Of a stretch of DNA of 21,219 nt, positions 9,118 through 19,124 are shown in pieces. The notes under the pieces are model-generated. The model had not been told where the DNA came from, searched no databases, and saw only the letters and a program-made list of their open reading frames with translations. The position numbers were made by a program, and so were the translations under genes. Within the stretch, counting starts at the first letter, position 1. Each line of letters opens with the position of its first letter. This stretch comes from Emiliania huxleyi CCMP1516 (lineage: Eukaryota), in NCBI RefSeq assembly GCF_000372725.1, contig NW_005201176.1, forward strand, positions 284,038-305,256. The letters are read 5' to 3'.

Positions 9118-10117
9118 TCACATCGTCTCCTTAAAGGACCTGTCTTTGCCTTGGCCATGGCCGCCCATGCACTGCTGGACAGCCTCCAACACCAAGGAGT
9201 CGAGCTCGCGCAGCTTGTAGAGCTGCAGCTCCTTGTCGCTCTGATTGGTGACAGTCACGTCAGGGCTCGCCAGCGTCTCGATGGCCTCATCCACGCTCCG
9301 ACCTAAAAGCACGCAGCACCTTAGAGAGACCGATGCGTGCGCAAAGCTTATACTAGGCAAGCATACTAGCCTGCCCACATTCGCACGAGCTCGGCGGCCA
9401 TCAGTCCTGTCGTCCGTCAAAAGTTTCAACACAGCGCGCGCGCCGGAGCGATGGCCAAATTGATGGCCACCGCGCTGGCCGATGGTACGTAGAGAGGAGA
9501 GTACGCGCCCGCCTACTCTCGCGAGCAGGTAGCCCAAGCGGCGTCTCCCGAGCCGGGCGATATCTTGAGCACTTGAGCACTGGATAGGGTCGGTTCCGCA
9601 TGGTACGGGACCCCTCGATCGTCTCGCCCACCCTCACCGGTGTGTTCATTGGGGGGGGTCATAACAAACACGGTACAGGATCGAGGTGCACGCTGCAGAA
9701 GCAGTGTCGTCCCCCCTCTCCCCGACGGCGATGGCGGTGTGACCGATCGAGCTACAAGAGGAGCTTGTTCAGCAAGGGCGATATCCATCACTTGTCCCCC
9801 TTCATCAACTCTCTCATCAGCTCTGACGGTATCTCGCCGTTGGCCGACTGCGCCTCGCTCCTCAGGACGAGGTTGAGGAAGTCCCCTGGATGCCGCGGTG
9901 ACGCAATCTCGTCGCTCACCGTAGCGCTTTGGGCCAGCCAGCGCAGCACAGCTCGGGCGCTATCAATCGGGCTCGAGCTTCGGGGACGGGCTCTTCGCGC
10001 TTTGTCGAGCGCCGATGAAACGTACGTCCCTCGCGTCGAGGAGAATGCATACATGTACGTCCCCCGCATCCAAAGGCGTTTCGCTATCGCATGCGCAATG
10101 CAACCGTTCACTACCAT
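9118..10117 (-). pseudogene. Degenerate ORF remnants of unknown origin, interrupted by the 9565-9775 insertion
   Basis: Protein-like segments (DEAIETLASPDVTVTNQSDKELQLYKLRELDSLVLEAVQQ; SARAVLRWLAQS...GDFLNLVLRSE) with stops and frameshifts. No family recognised. Confidence 0.3.
9565..9775 (-). mobile_element. 211-bp retroposon-like 3' end insertion with a 10-bp TSD
   Basis: GGGCGATATC at 9555-9564 and 9776-9785. The 3' end on the minus strand is ...TATCCAGTGCTCAAGTGCTCAA. Removing it rejoins VMDIA-RLGRRRLGYLLARV in frame. Confidence 0.75.
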
Positions 10118-10832
10118 TCACGGCTCAGCATATCTTGGCATATCTGTCAGGCTCATTGGATTCGCCTCATGCTCATGCCCAAGCTGTACTATAGGCCATA
10201 TTGCGCCGCCTCCTACTGGCAGCCGGGCGGGCGCGCGCCGCGGGCGCCTCGGCGCGCGCACGGCTCGCAAAGTTCGAACGAAGGCTGCCGGGCGGCAGTA
10301 CTCGCCTCGCAAGGCGCGCACCGGCTGCTCTGGCTGCTGCGCCGGCGGCCGCTGCGCTGGCCGCTGCTGCGCCGGCTGGCGGGCGGTACGGCCGCCGGCG
10401 GCCGCTGCACCCGCGCCTTCCCTCGCGGGCGCCGTCGCGCCGCGCGCGCCCAACTCTGCTGGCACACGGCACGCGTCGTCACTCAGCCGCGGAGAACAGG
10501 CGGTGCTGTGCGCGAAGCGCGCGCGATCTCGTACATTTAAGGCTGGATCCGGCCATTCCAAGGGTATACCTTTGAGAATCCCCAGCGTCCCACCCTCCTA
10601 GTCACAACTCTCAACACAAAAACTCTCTCTCTCTCAACTCTCAATATCTCGACTCTCCAACACGAAGTGCTGCGATCGGGGGTGGCCCATTTCTTTTTCC
10701 CTTTCTTTTTTGGGTCCTGTGGGCACCTTACCCGTGGTGCCCCTGGGTCGGGCAACGAGCTACCCCCCCCCCCCCCCCAGGACGGCGCATCGCGCGCGAG
10801 TGAGGCCCCGGGGTGGGGCAGGTGAGGGAGGG

Positions 10833-10932
10833 NNNNNNNNNNNNNNNNNNNNNNNNNNNNNNNNNNNNNNNNNNNNNNNNNNNNNNNNNNNNNNNNNNNN
10901 NNNNNNNNNNNNNNNNNNNNNNNNNNNNNNNN
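10833..10932. other. Assembly gap (100 N)
   Basis: Run of N. Confidence 1.
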
Positions 10933-11047
10933 ATCTGCCCGTATCTCCCCCCGTATCTCGTATCTGCCCGTATCTCGTATCTCCTGGTATCTCCCGGTAT
11001 CTCGACTCCCGGTATCTCCCGGTATCCCGCCATATCCCGCCATATCA
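10933..11047. repeat. GTATCTCCCG-type minisatellite adjoining the gap
   Basis: Repeated GTATCTC(C)(C)G and CCCGCCATAT units. Confidence 0.9.
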
Positions 11048-11146
11048 CCATGCAGAGCGCATCTCTCTCTCTCTCTGAGTTGTGCGAGGCGTGAACCGCG
11101 CCATTCGCTCTCACCTGGCAACCCTGTCTGCACGTCTCGCGCGCGC

Positions 11147-13363
11147 GTGAACAGGGCGGCCGACCCGGGGGAGTTCAAGCTCAGCCCGTGGAGGAGCCAC
11201 ATCAGGAACCCGCTAAGCTTCAAGGACGCGCTTCGCAAGCTGGCTTCACGCGCTGACCTTGGCTTCGTGTCGCTGAGCAGCGAGCTGGGCATCGTACACG
11301 ACGTCTGCGCCGGTGCTGGGCGAGCAAACGGTAAGCACGTCCTCGCCCTGGGTCGGAAGACGGGCGCCATCCGACTCAACTGCGCCCGAGACTACGTCTT
11401 CCCAAAGCGCGGCTGCTTCGCCGTCTCCGCCCGCCGCATCCACGCCACCCCACAAGAGCAGTGGGCTGCCTACTACCGCACCTTTGCCGAGCATCACGCG
11501 CCTGTGGTGCTGCGCGGCCGAACATACGAAGGCGTGGACGGGCTCGAGCGAGTCTGGCCCTTGCTTTTCGGCTGCTACAACTCGACCGCGGCGGGACCCC
11601 GCGCACGGCACGCTCGAATGCTATGACGCTGAGTGAGAGTGACAAGTTGGAGCGGAATGCTTCTGAAAAGCTGTCCCTATAAAAAGTATATTTATGCGGC
11701 ATATATTCTTTAGGGGTCCAAAGATCGTTGCCATTGGCTGTGGGAACGGCGTCTGCTGGCAAAGTAGAGGGTGAGAGAGAGAGAGAGAGAGGGTGATGAG
11801 TGAAAAAAGGCCGAAACACGGAAGGGATCGCCATGAACGGCGTCTGTTCCCGTAAGAGATTTTGGGGTTGGGGTCCAAAGATCGTCGTTGGGAACGGCGT
11901 GTTGAGTGTTCCGAAAAGGTGCCGGGTGGTTGATGGCAACACTCTTCTGCGCTTCTGCCTGCGCTTCTGCTGGGCGCTGTTGCTCGTGACACGCGAATCA
12001 GCGACCCTGGGCTGTGCTGGACGGTCCCTTGCCCCTATGACAAGAATCGGTGCCTCCCTCGAGCGACGTCCAAGCAGCGATTCGTCATTAACATCGGGCA
12101 CCAGACGCGGGAGCTGACGTATCCTATCATCTCGACGAGCTTTGCGGACAATATCGTTCCGGAGATCATCTGGTGGCAGTACGAAGCCTTGCCGCTCACA
12201 CGCGAACTGCTAGCCTACGCCTTTCCCACTGCGAGGCTGTATTTTGGGACGACCGACGCGCCGCGCTGCCTCAAGAGGAGGTCCTTCCGTCCGCAAGGCA
12301 CACGCGGCACCTTCACAGCCGCCACCGGCAAAGCGTTCCGCGCCCTCGTCTGGCGCCGGTGCGGCATCTCCTCGCGGCCGCCCTCCGCCCCTCTCCGGGT
12401 GCGGATCATCGACCGCCCGCGCGGCGGCGGCGGCTCCAAGAACCCGTGCCGGCTGCCGGGCCCGCACGTGGGAGGACGCAGTCTGTCAAACGCGACCATC
12501 GCCGCCCTGCGGTCGCACCTGCCCGCCGCGCTGCGATCTGCCGGGGCTGCAGAGGCTCCCCTCGAGGTGGTTCGGCTGCCGGAGCGGCCCGACTCGCTTT
12601 GCGACCAGGTGCACAGTAGAGGAGAGAGCTGAGAGAGAGCCGAGAGAGAGCCGAGAGAGAGCCGAGAAAGAGAGCAGCGAGCGAGCGAGCGAGCGAGGGA
12701 GGGAGGGAGGGAGAGAGGAAAAGAGAGAGGAGTCGAGACCATCAACGGCGTGAGGAGACCTCGCACCCAACTCGCAGCACGCGCTCGCACCGTCCATCCG
12801 CGCCTTCTGCGCCTGTCCAGGTAAGACGCTACGCCGAGGCGGATGTCCTCATCTCGCCGCACGGGGCCCACCTCGTGCACATCCCGCAGCTGTCTCCCTC
12901 GGCCGTCTTCATCGAGGCGGCCGCAGTAGCAGAGACAAGCTTCGCTTCCCGCATGAGGAAACCCCAGTTCATGGCACTCTCAAGCACAAGGGACACGGCT
13001 CAATCTCACGCCTTCGGCCGCCGGCCGGCTCATCCTGTCACGCGAGCCGCAAAGCCCCGTGCTCGTAGGTGACGCCGTGGGCCGCCGCCCACCAGCCAGC
13101 GTATGCCGCTGTGGCAGCCCGCCTCCGCCTCAAGCGGCTTCAGCTCTGCAGCCTCCGGCCGCGAGACGAGCGGAGCGGACCCGACACATGCCCGGGGCTC
13201 GCCCCCCCACGACGCGTCCGTTACGCGTCCCGTAGGCCGCCCGACGAGAGGAGCGGGAAGACTGAGGAGCAATGCGGCAGGGAGGGCGGCACCGTGAGGG
13301 GGTGCTTGTACGCCGCGATGAACTGCTTCGAGCTCGCGGTGGTGCGGGACAAGTCAGACCAAG
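11147..13363 (+). CDS. Glycosyltransferase family 61 region (multi-exon; 5' start unresolved near the gap)
   Basis: Spliced motif LRVRIIDR...GRSLSNA...LCDQ|VRRYAEADVLISPHGAHLVHIPQLSPSAVFIE|VTPW matches the GT61 Q....ADV.I.PHGA.L......VIE signature. Predicted introns: 11608-12001, 12024-12074 (or 12077), 12609-12820, 12917-13068, 13158-13235. Confidence 0.75.
12620..12731. repeat. GA-rich microsatellite in an intron
   Basis: GAGAGAGAGCC, GAGC and GAGG repeats. Confidence 0.9.
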
Positions 13364-13442
13364 GCGGCTCGCCCAGCCCAAGCTCCCCACGGGATGCACT
13401 TGGCGGAGACGGCTCAGCGCCGTGCGTTGCCGGTTGCCGCAG

Positions 13443-15631
13443 GCACGTCTCATTGCGCAACAGGGCAGGGCCGCTGCCAGTGCCTCGAGCCGACGCTGCG
13501 GCAGGCGGTGGCATTGGCGCAGGAGGGAAGAGGCTCGGCCGCTGCACCGCGGCGTGCGGCGGTTGCCGAGCGGAGCTCGCGTGGGCTTCTCGAGAGCCAT
13601 ACCGCCGCCGCCGCCGCCGAGGCCGTGGGCGGGGCGGCCGCCGCAGCGCCGACGTTCTGCAACCCGATCGATCTGCCGTACCGTTTCCAGCCCACCACGG
13701 GGGAGTCGTTCCGCGAAGGGGCGGACCCGACCATGGTGGTCTTCGGCGGGCGGTACTTGCTCTTCCTGTCCAAGAATGGCGGGTACTACGCGTCCAACGA
13801 CCTGGTCCGGTGGTCCCTCATCGTGCCGACTGGCGCTCCCGACCGACGACTTCGCCGCCATGTCCGGGACTCGTCCACGACGTGTCCCCGACACGTCCCG
13901 TAGGCCTCCCAGTCGACGACTACGCGCCGACGGTGATGCAGATGGAGGGCCGGCTCTTCTTCACCGCGTCGCACTCGAGAGCGCTGTATACCACCGACGA
14001 CCCGTTCAAGGGCAAGTGGCGGGAGGTGGCGACCCTGCCCTCGTACGCCGACCCGGCGCTCTTCCTCGACGACGATGGAAGAGTGTACCTGGCGTACGGT
14101 TCCCACCAGACTTGGGGCCCGACAGGTGGGGGCAACGCGTCGCACGTCGTCGAGCTCGACCCGGCGCGGGGGTGGAGGGAGGTCTCGCACCACAGCGCGG
14201 TGGCGTTCGCCGACGCCGCGCGGAACGGGTGGGAGGTGAGCGGCAACGGCAACGACGACTACAGACTTGCTCCGTATGTTGAAGGTCCGTGGATAACCAA
14301 GGTGGGCGGCGTATACTTCCTCCAGTATGCCTCGCCCGGCACGCAATTCTTCACGTACAGCGACGGCTTCTTTGTGGCGAAGAGCCTCCGCGACCTAGGC
14401 CACAGCCACCACAGCAAGTACTCGGCCGTCTCGCCTTTCTCCGCCAAGCCGACGGGCTTCATGCGAGGCGCGGGGCATGGCAGCATCTTCCGCGGCCTCG
14501 ACGGCGGATTGTGGCACGTCACCATCGCCGTCATCGCGAGGCACATCCGCCGACTCGTCATCAACCCGGTGCACGTGCAGGGCGAGTGGATGAACGCGGA
14601 CACGTACCTCGGCGACTTCCCCGTTGGTGTCGACGGCAGGCAAATCTCGCACGCAGTCACACAGACACCGACACATAGAGAATGAGCACCTAAACGTTGG
14701 CCATGGAAGGCTCCTGCGCCCCTGCTCGTGCCACCATGGGATGCCGACCTTCCTCCACCTGCCACTAGGCGCCCCGACTGGCAGCTTTTGTCACTCCACA
14801 AGCCGGCCACAGCCAGCTCCACTTCCGGCGCCAACGCCCCGTCGCGCGCCTTCGACGAGGACATCCGCACGTGCTGGTCAGCGGAGACCGGCGCTGCGGG
14901 GGAGTGGCTGGCGGTGGATTTGGGCGCCAACGCGACAGCCTACGCGGTGCAGCTCAACTTTGCTGAGGCGACGCCTGACACGCTTCGATGCCCCCTTTGC
15001 CACCACCGCCCTCTCTCACCGCCGCCGCCTTCCTTCGCCCGCCGCCTCGCAACACACCACCCACCTCCTGGCCCACCAGGTGGGCGCCAAGCAGACGGGA
15101 CGCCTCCCGCTCCGCGACGCGTGCCGGTACTACTGCGAGGCGTCGGCGGACGGCGTGCGGTGGACGGTGGTCCCCGAACTCGACCGCAGGGAGGGCGGGC
15201 GCGACTCGCCGCACGACTACGTCGCGCTCCGCCAGCCTCTGTCGCTGCGCCACCTCCGGGTCATCTCGGCGCACACGCCCGCCGGCGCCGCGTTTGGCCT
15301 CTCCGACCTCCGCATATTCGGCACGACCGCCGCCGTCAAGCCGCCGGCGAGGGTCGGCGCGCCGCGAGTGACCCGCGACAGCGCCGACGCACGGCGCGCC
15401 AGCGTTGCGTGGGACGCGGCGGCACGGGCGGAGTGGTACGTGGTGCGCTTCGGCGAGCGCGGCGCCCCCGGCCAGTTTCACAGTTACCAGGTGTACGGCG
15501 GGGCAACGTCGCTGGAGACGCGCGCGCTGTCCGCTGGAGTCGAGTATGACTTTGTTGTCGACGCCTTCAACGAGGGCGGGCGCACGGTGGGCACCCCAAC
15601 CGCGCCTCGGCTTGCGCAGCGGCACCCGTGA
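13443..15631 (+). CDS. GH43 glycoside hydrolase (GH43_F5-8_typeC-like; xylosidase/arabinofuranosidase class) + F5/8 type C (CBM32-like) + FN3; probably the same gene as the GT61 region
   Basis: FCNPIDLPYRF..REGADP (base), YADPALFLDDDG (modulator), YVEGPW (acid), GAGHGS, DTYLGDFP; WQLLSLHKPATASS..AFDEDIRTCWS..GEWLAVDLG; FN3 ASVAWD..YDFVVDAFNEGG. GC-AG introns 13833-13903, 14640-14768 and 14968-15079 restore the frame. Confidence 0.9.
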
Positions 15632-16068
15632 ACTCTGATTCCTTGGTGTTCGCCGCGTGAAATTCCGCCTCGAATCCTAGTAGCGATCTATCTGCGTGCG
15701 TGCGTATGAGTGAGCTCACTAAAGCCGTAGCTAGAGCTCACACACTAGAGGCCCCGTCATCGCATTCGCCTTCGTGGGACCCAGTGTCATTGTGTTTTTG
15801 TGTGAACCCTGCGCGCGGGCCTTCTAGGCCCACGTGGGTAGTCCCCATTCCCAGCACCCAGGGCCTCCGGGCGCCAGGGCACAGCTCCACAGGGCTCACA
15901 CCCCAACCTCTCATAGACGTTAGACCAGCGGGCGCGCAGCGCCATAGCACGTGTGTTTCTCAATATAACAGGTGTGTGATCTGTCCGAAATAGCCTCTCC
16001 CGAGCGAGGCCGCCGCGGCGCGGTGTCACAGTGCCGTGGAGGCCACACGGCAGGGACTCTAGTGCTGA

Positions 16069-16415
16069 TTATTTTGGATACTTGGAGGGAAATCGCTTCG
16101 GAGGAGGAGGGCACGCGCCACACTCGGCAGGCAGCTCGTAGCCTAGACATACGTAGTCTTGCGTGTGCACGTAGCAAAAGTTGCACGCCGTCTCGGGGTC
16201 ATCAAGCACGGCACGGCGCAGAAGCTGCTGCTCCTCTTCACTCCCGCCGTGCTTGTTATTCTGTGCGCCATGGGGGCTGCTGTCATAAACGTGTAGCACA
16301 TAGTTCAAGAGGGAGGGGAAGCGAGCCGCCGCGCGCAGCAGATCTGGCTTAAAGTTCTCCAAACGGCCGATGAAATCCCAGTGGATAGGCCGGCCGGTGG
16401 CATCAGTGGCTTTTT
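16069..16415 (-). pseudogene. C-terminal fragment of a Sulfotransfer_2 (CHST/HNK-1ST-like) sulfotransferase
   Basis: ATDATGRPIHWDFIGRLENFKPDL...CNFCYVHTQDYVCLGYELP matches the family's DFIG.LE and D...GY motifs. There is no room for the PAPS-binding N-terminus before the divergent gene at 16523. Confidence 0.65.
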
Positions 16416-16522
16416 CGGGGGCCTGCCCTGTTGAGCTTTTTCTTTGCTACCCTTCGACGCGCCGCTAGATCCGCTAGCCCCCGAGCAAGAACAAGAGGCT
16501 TCCGACTTGATTGAGACGCGCC

Positions 16523-16906
16523 ATGAGCACGGCGGCGACGAGCAGCAGCGCGAGCCTCACCACCTGCGTCACAGCGACCGAGTTCCTGACCGCGCCGGCA
16601 CATCTCACGCTGAAGCTGCGCACGGCGCGCCGCCGGAGGGTGAGGTTTGCGGAGGATGTGGTGGATAACGAGGCGCGCTTCAGGGCCGCGCGCGCGATCG
16701 CGCCATGCCGCGCGCGTAATCGCCCATTCCGCCCGCCCCTTCGGCAGGACCTCGGGCGGAAAAAGTCCAAGTGCTGCTGCCAGTACCACCGGCCAAAGGC
16801 GTTTGACGAGAGCTCGGATGAGGAGGGCGACGCCGGCCCGTGCGATCGACCCTGCTCGCCGGCGCAGGCCGAGCCAGAGGGCGGCGGGAGCGATGGCTCT
16901 GGCTAA
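16523..16906 (+). CDS. PPP1R11: Protein phosphatase 1 inhibitor 3 (Ypi1/PPP1R11 family)
   Basis: RRVRFAEDVVDNE|DLGRKKSKCCCQYHRPKAFDESSDEE, with a 75-nt in-frame GC-AG intron at 16673-16747. Confidence 0.9.
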   Translation: MSTAATSSSASLTTCVTATEFLTAPAHLTLKLRTARRRRVRFAEDVVDNEARFRAARAIAPCRARNRPFRPPLRQDLGRKKSKCCCQYHRPKAFDESSDEEGDAGPCDRPCSPAQAEPEGGGSDGSG

Positions 16907-17573
16907 AATCGGCGGCGGCTGTGCAACAGGTCGCTGAGGAGGGCGGAGAAGCCGACGATGACCGCGCCGACCCGCCGACCCGGTCTTGGCACTTGGGTCT
17001 ACCCGCGCGCCCGCGCCGCATATACGTAAAGTCCCGCATCAAACGCTAAAGATGTCAATCGCTCGGTCTCTTCTTCCTCTATCATTTCCTTCCTCCCATT
17101 ATCATAGCTGATCAAACACAACTGTGCAACGACCTGACCGCTGACGCGCCGTCTCGAACATGCGGAATTCAGCTGACTCAACCGACAGCTGCCGCCTCGC
17201 TTCCGGCCTGCGCGTATGCTCGCCGCGTCGCCGCGGCGCTCGCAGTGAGTTCCGTACGCAGCATGTCCAGGGCGCGGCTGGCGGCGCTGCTGCCGCCCGG
17301 GTCCTGCAGGGACCGGAGGGGAGGCCAGTGTGTGGAATGGAGGGAGGCGCTGCCAAAGGAGGTGGGGCAGCAGGCGCTGTGCAGGAGGTGCCGGCGTGGG
17401 CCGACGGACCGCACGGGCTTCCAGGCGGGGACGGGGGGGGGAGCGCACCGCAGGCTGCCCCTCCAGCAGCGCGGCGGTCGCCGCAACCCGCCCTGGCCGC
17501 GAGGAGCCGCCTGTGCCTCTCACGCGCACCGCGGACGCCTCCGGCCGCGCCACCGCCACAGCCACCGCCGGTT

Positions 17574-17608
<35 letters not shown>
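17574..17608. repeat. (GCC)n microsatellite
   Basis: About 11 GCC units. Confidence 0.9.
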
Positions 17609-18004
17609 TTGCGCTCTTTCCGAATGCCACGGATCACGTCATCCCGCTGCTGCGGCGTGGAGCCCTTCTTGCGTGCGCCGGTGCGGCAGTCCCTACGCCC
17701 CCTCCTAGCCCTGCGCGGCGTGGGGTGGCGCGCACAGTAATGCGGTGTGGCAACGTCGTGTGGGGGGGCAGCGTGGCCTCACATGGAGAAGGGGCTCGGG
17801 CAGGCTCGCAGCAGCAGCCAAAAGAAATAGCAAAAGTTGATCCGTACGTGCCTTCTGTGTTTGGGCGTCACATTGAGCCAGAGCCAACTAGCCGTGGCGC
17901 GTGCCGCGAGCCAGCGAAAGTTTAGAAATAAATGTGACGTACATGTGTTGTTTGTTCGGGTTGTGTGCGGCGACGGCTAAAGAGCATCTGTTCCGGTGGC
18001 GGTG

Positions 18005-19109
18005 CTAGCTACAGCCGTCGAGCAGCGGCGCGTGCCACGCCACCGTCGCCGCCATCCACTCGCTCATTTGCGTCGGCACGAAGCCGAGCTCCTCCTCGGC
18101 CCTCGTCGTGTCGAGCACGCCTTGCTTCTCATAGTTGCGCATCTCGGGCGCCTCGGGAACCTCGGGGACCGGTCGGCCGAGCGCCGCCGCCAGCGCGGCG
18201 ACATAATCGTCGAGGTCGTACCCTTGCGGCCCGCCCGAGGCAACGTTGAAGGCCTCGTACGCCTCGGAAGCACCGCCGTCCTGCCGCTGCGCGGACGCAT
18301 GTGTCGGCGGCGGCGGGCGGTCGACGACCCGCGCGATGACCTGCGCCACGTCGTCTGCGCACGCGACGCGGAAGCGGCGGCCGGGCCGCTCGGCGGGCGG
18401 GCACGCCTTGGTTTCTGGCAGCGGCGGCAGGCCGAGCACCAGCCGCTGCAGCTTCTCGTGCCTACAGTCGGAGATGTCGGTGGTGTCAAGGAAGTGTCCG
18501 GCAGCACCAGAGCCGCTGCAGCTTCTTGTGCCGCGGGTCGCAGCCGGCTCCGACGACGGCAGGCGGGCGCACGACGGTGGAGCGCAGCGGCGGCGCCGCG
18601 GCGGCGTAACGGTGAAGCAGCGCCTCGCACTTGAGCTTGTTGCCGCCGTAGTTGCACGGCGCCTCGCTCGCTGAGCCGAGCCGCGCCGACTTCTCCGCGA
18701 TGCGTCCGTCCGTCGCGGAGACATCCATGCGCTCCACGCCGCCCGGATAAGCCATGTTGGTCGAGACGAAGATGTAGTGCGCCAGCGGCAGCTTCTCATG
18801 CGCGCGCCGGACGCTCTGAACTTGCGATGGCTTCATCGCTGTAAAGTCAACGATGACGCGAGGGCAGTCGGGCGAGCACAGCGCAGCGACAAAGGCATCT
18901 TCGTCGTCGCGGTCGCACAGCAGCATTTCGGCGCCAGCTGGCGTTGTGGGCCGGCGGCCGTTGGTGCCTTGGCCCTGCGTCTTGCCTCGGCTCATGATGA
19001 CGACGCGCCGGCCAGCCTCGAGTAGCCGTGCAGCCGTCGGCGCGCCCATGAGACCAGTGCCACCGATGACGAGGACGTCAGAGGTAGCGGCCGCGATGGT
19101 CGCGAGCAT
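18005..19109 (-). CDS. NAD-dependent epimerase/dehydratase family (atypical SDR), 2 exons
   Basis: VLVIGGTGLMG (Rossmann), IVDFTAM, YIFVST, YGGNK (YxxxK), VVRPPAVVG, EAFNVASG, LDTTRAEEELGF. A GC-AG intron at 18462-18531 joins CDPR|HEKLQRL. Confidence 0.9.
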
Positions 19110-19124
19110 TTTTGGTCCCAAACG

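Noticed and set aside
3062..9663. The inverted 100-bp repeats read as TIRs of one 6.6-kb element, or as LTR starts
   Set aside because: The second copy extends to 9775 with its own 10-bp TSD, so two independent insertions explain the pattern better.
9600..10601. The 333-aa ORF and other long Arg/Ala/Pro-rich ORFs
   Set aside because: GC-rich low-complexity or antisense shadow frames with no recognisable motifs.
13069..14685. The 538-aa ORF as a single unspliced protein
   Set aside because: It skips the GH43 N-terminal GADP motif, which is in another frame, and reads through predicted introns.
15795..15960. GC-rich segment with small hairpins (GGGCCTTCTAGGCCC), possible ncRNA or retroelement UTR
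   Set aside because: No recognisable RNA family motif, second copy or TSD in the window.
17100..17925. Possible small gene around the GCC run (Cys-rich MSRARL... or Pro-rich ...CALSECHG)
   Set aside because: Several frames on both strands are equally plausible, with no motif or consistent splice model.
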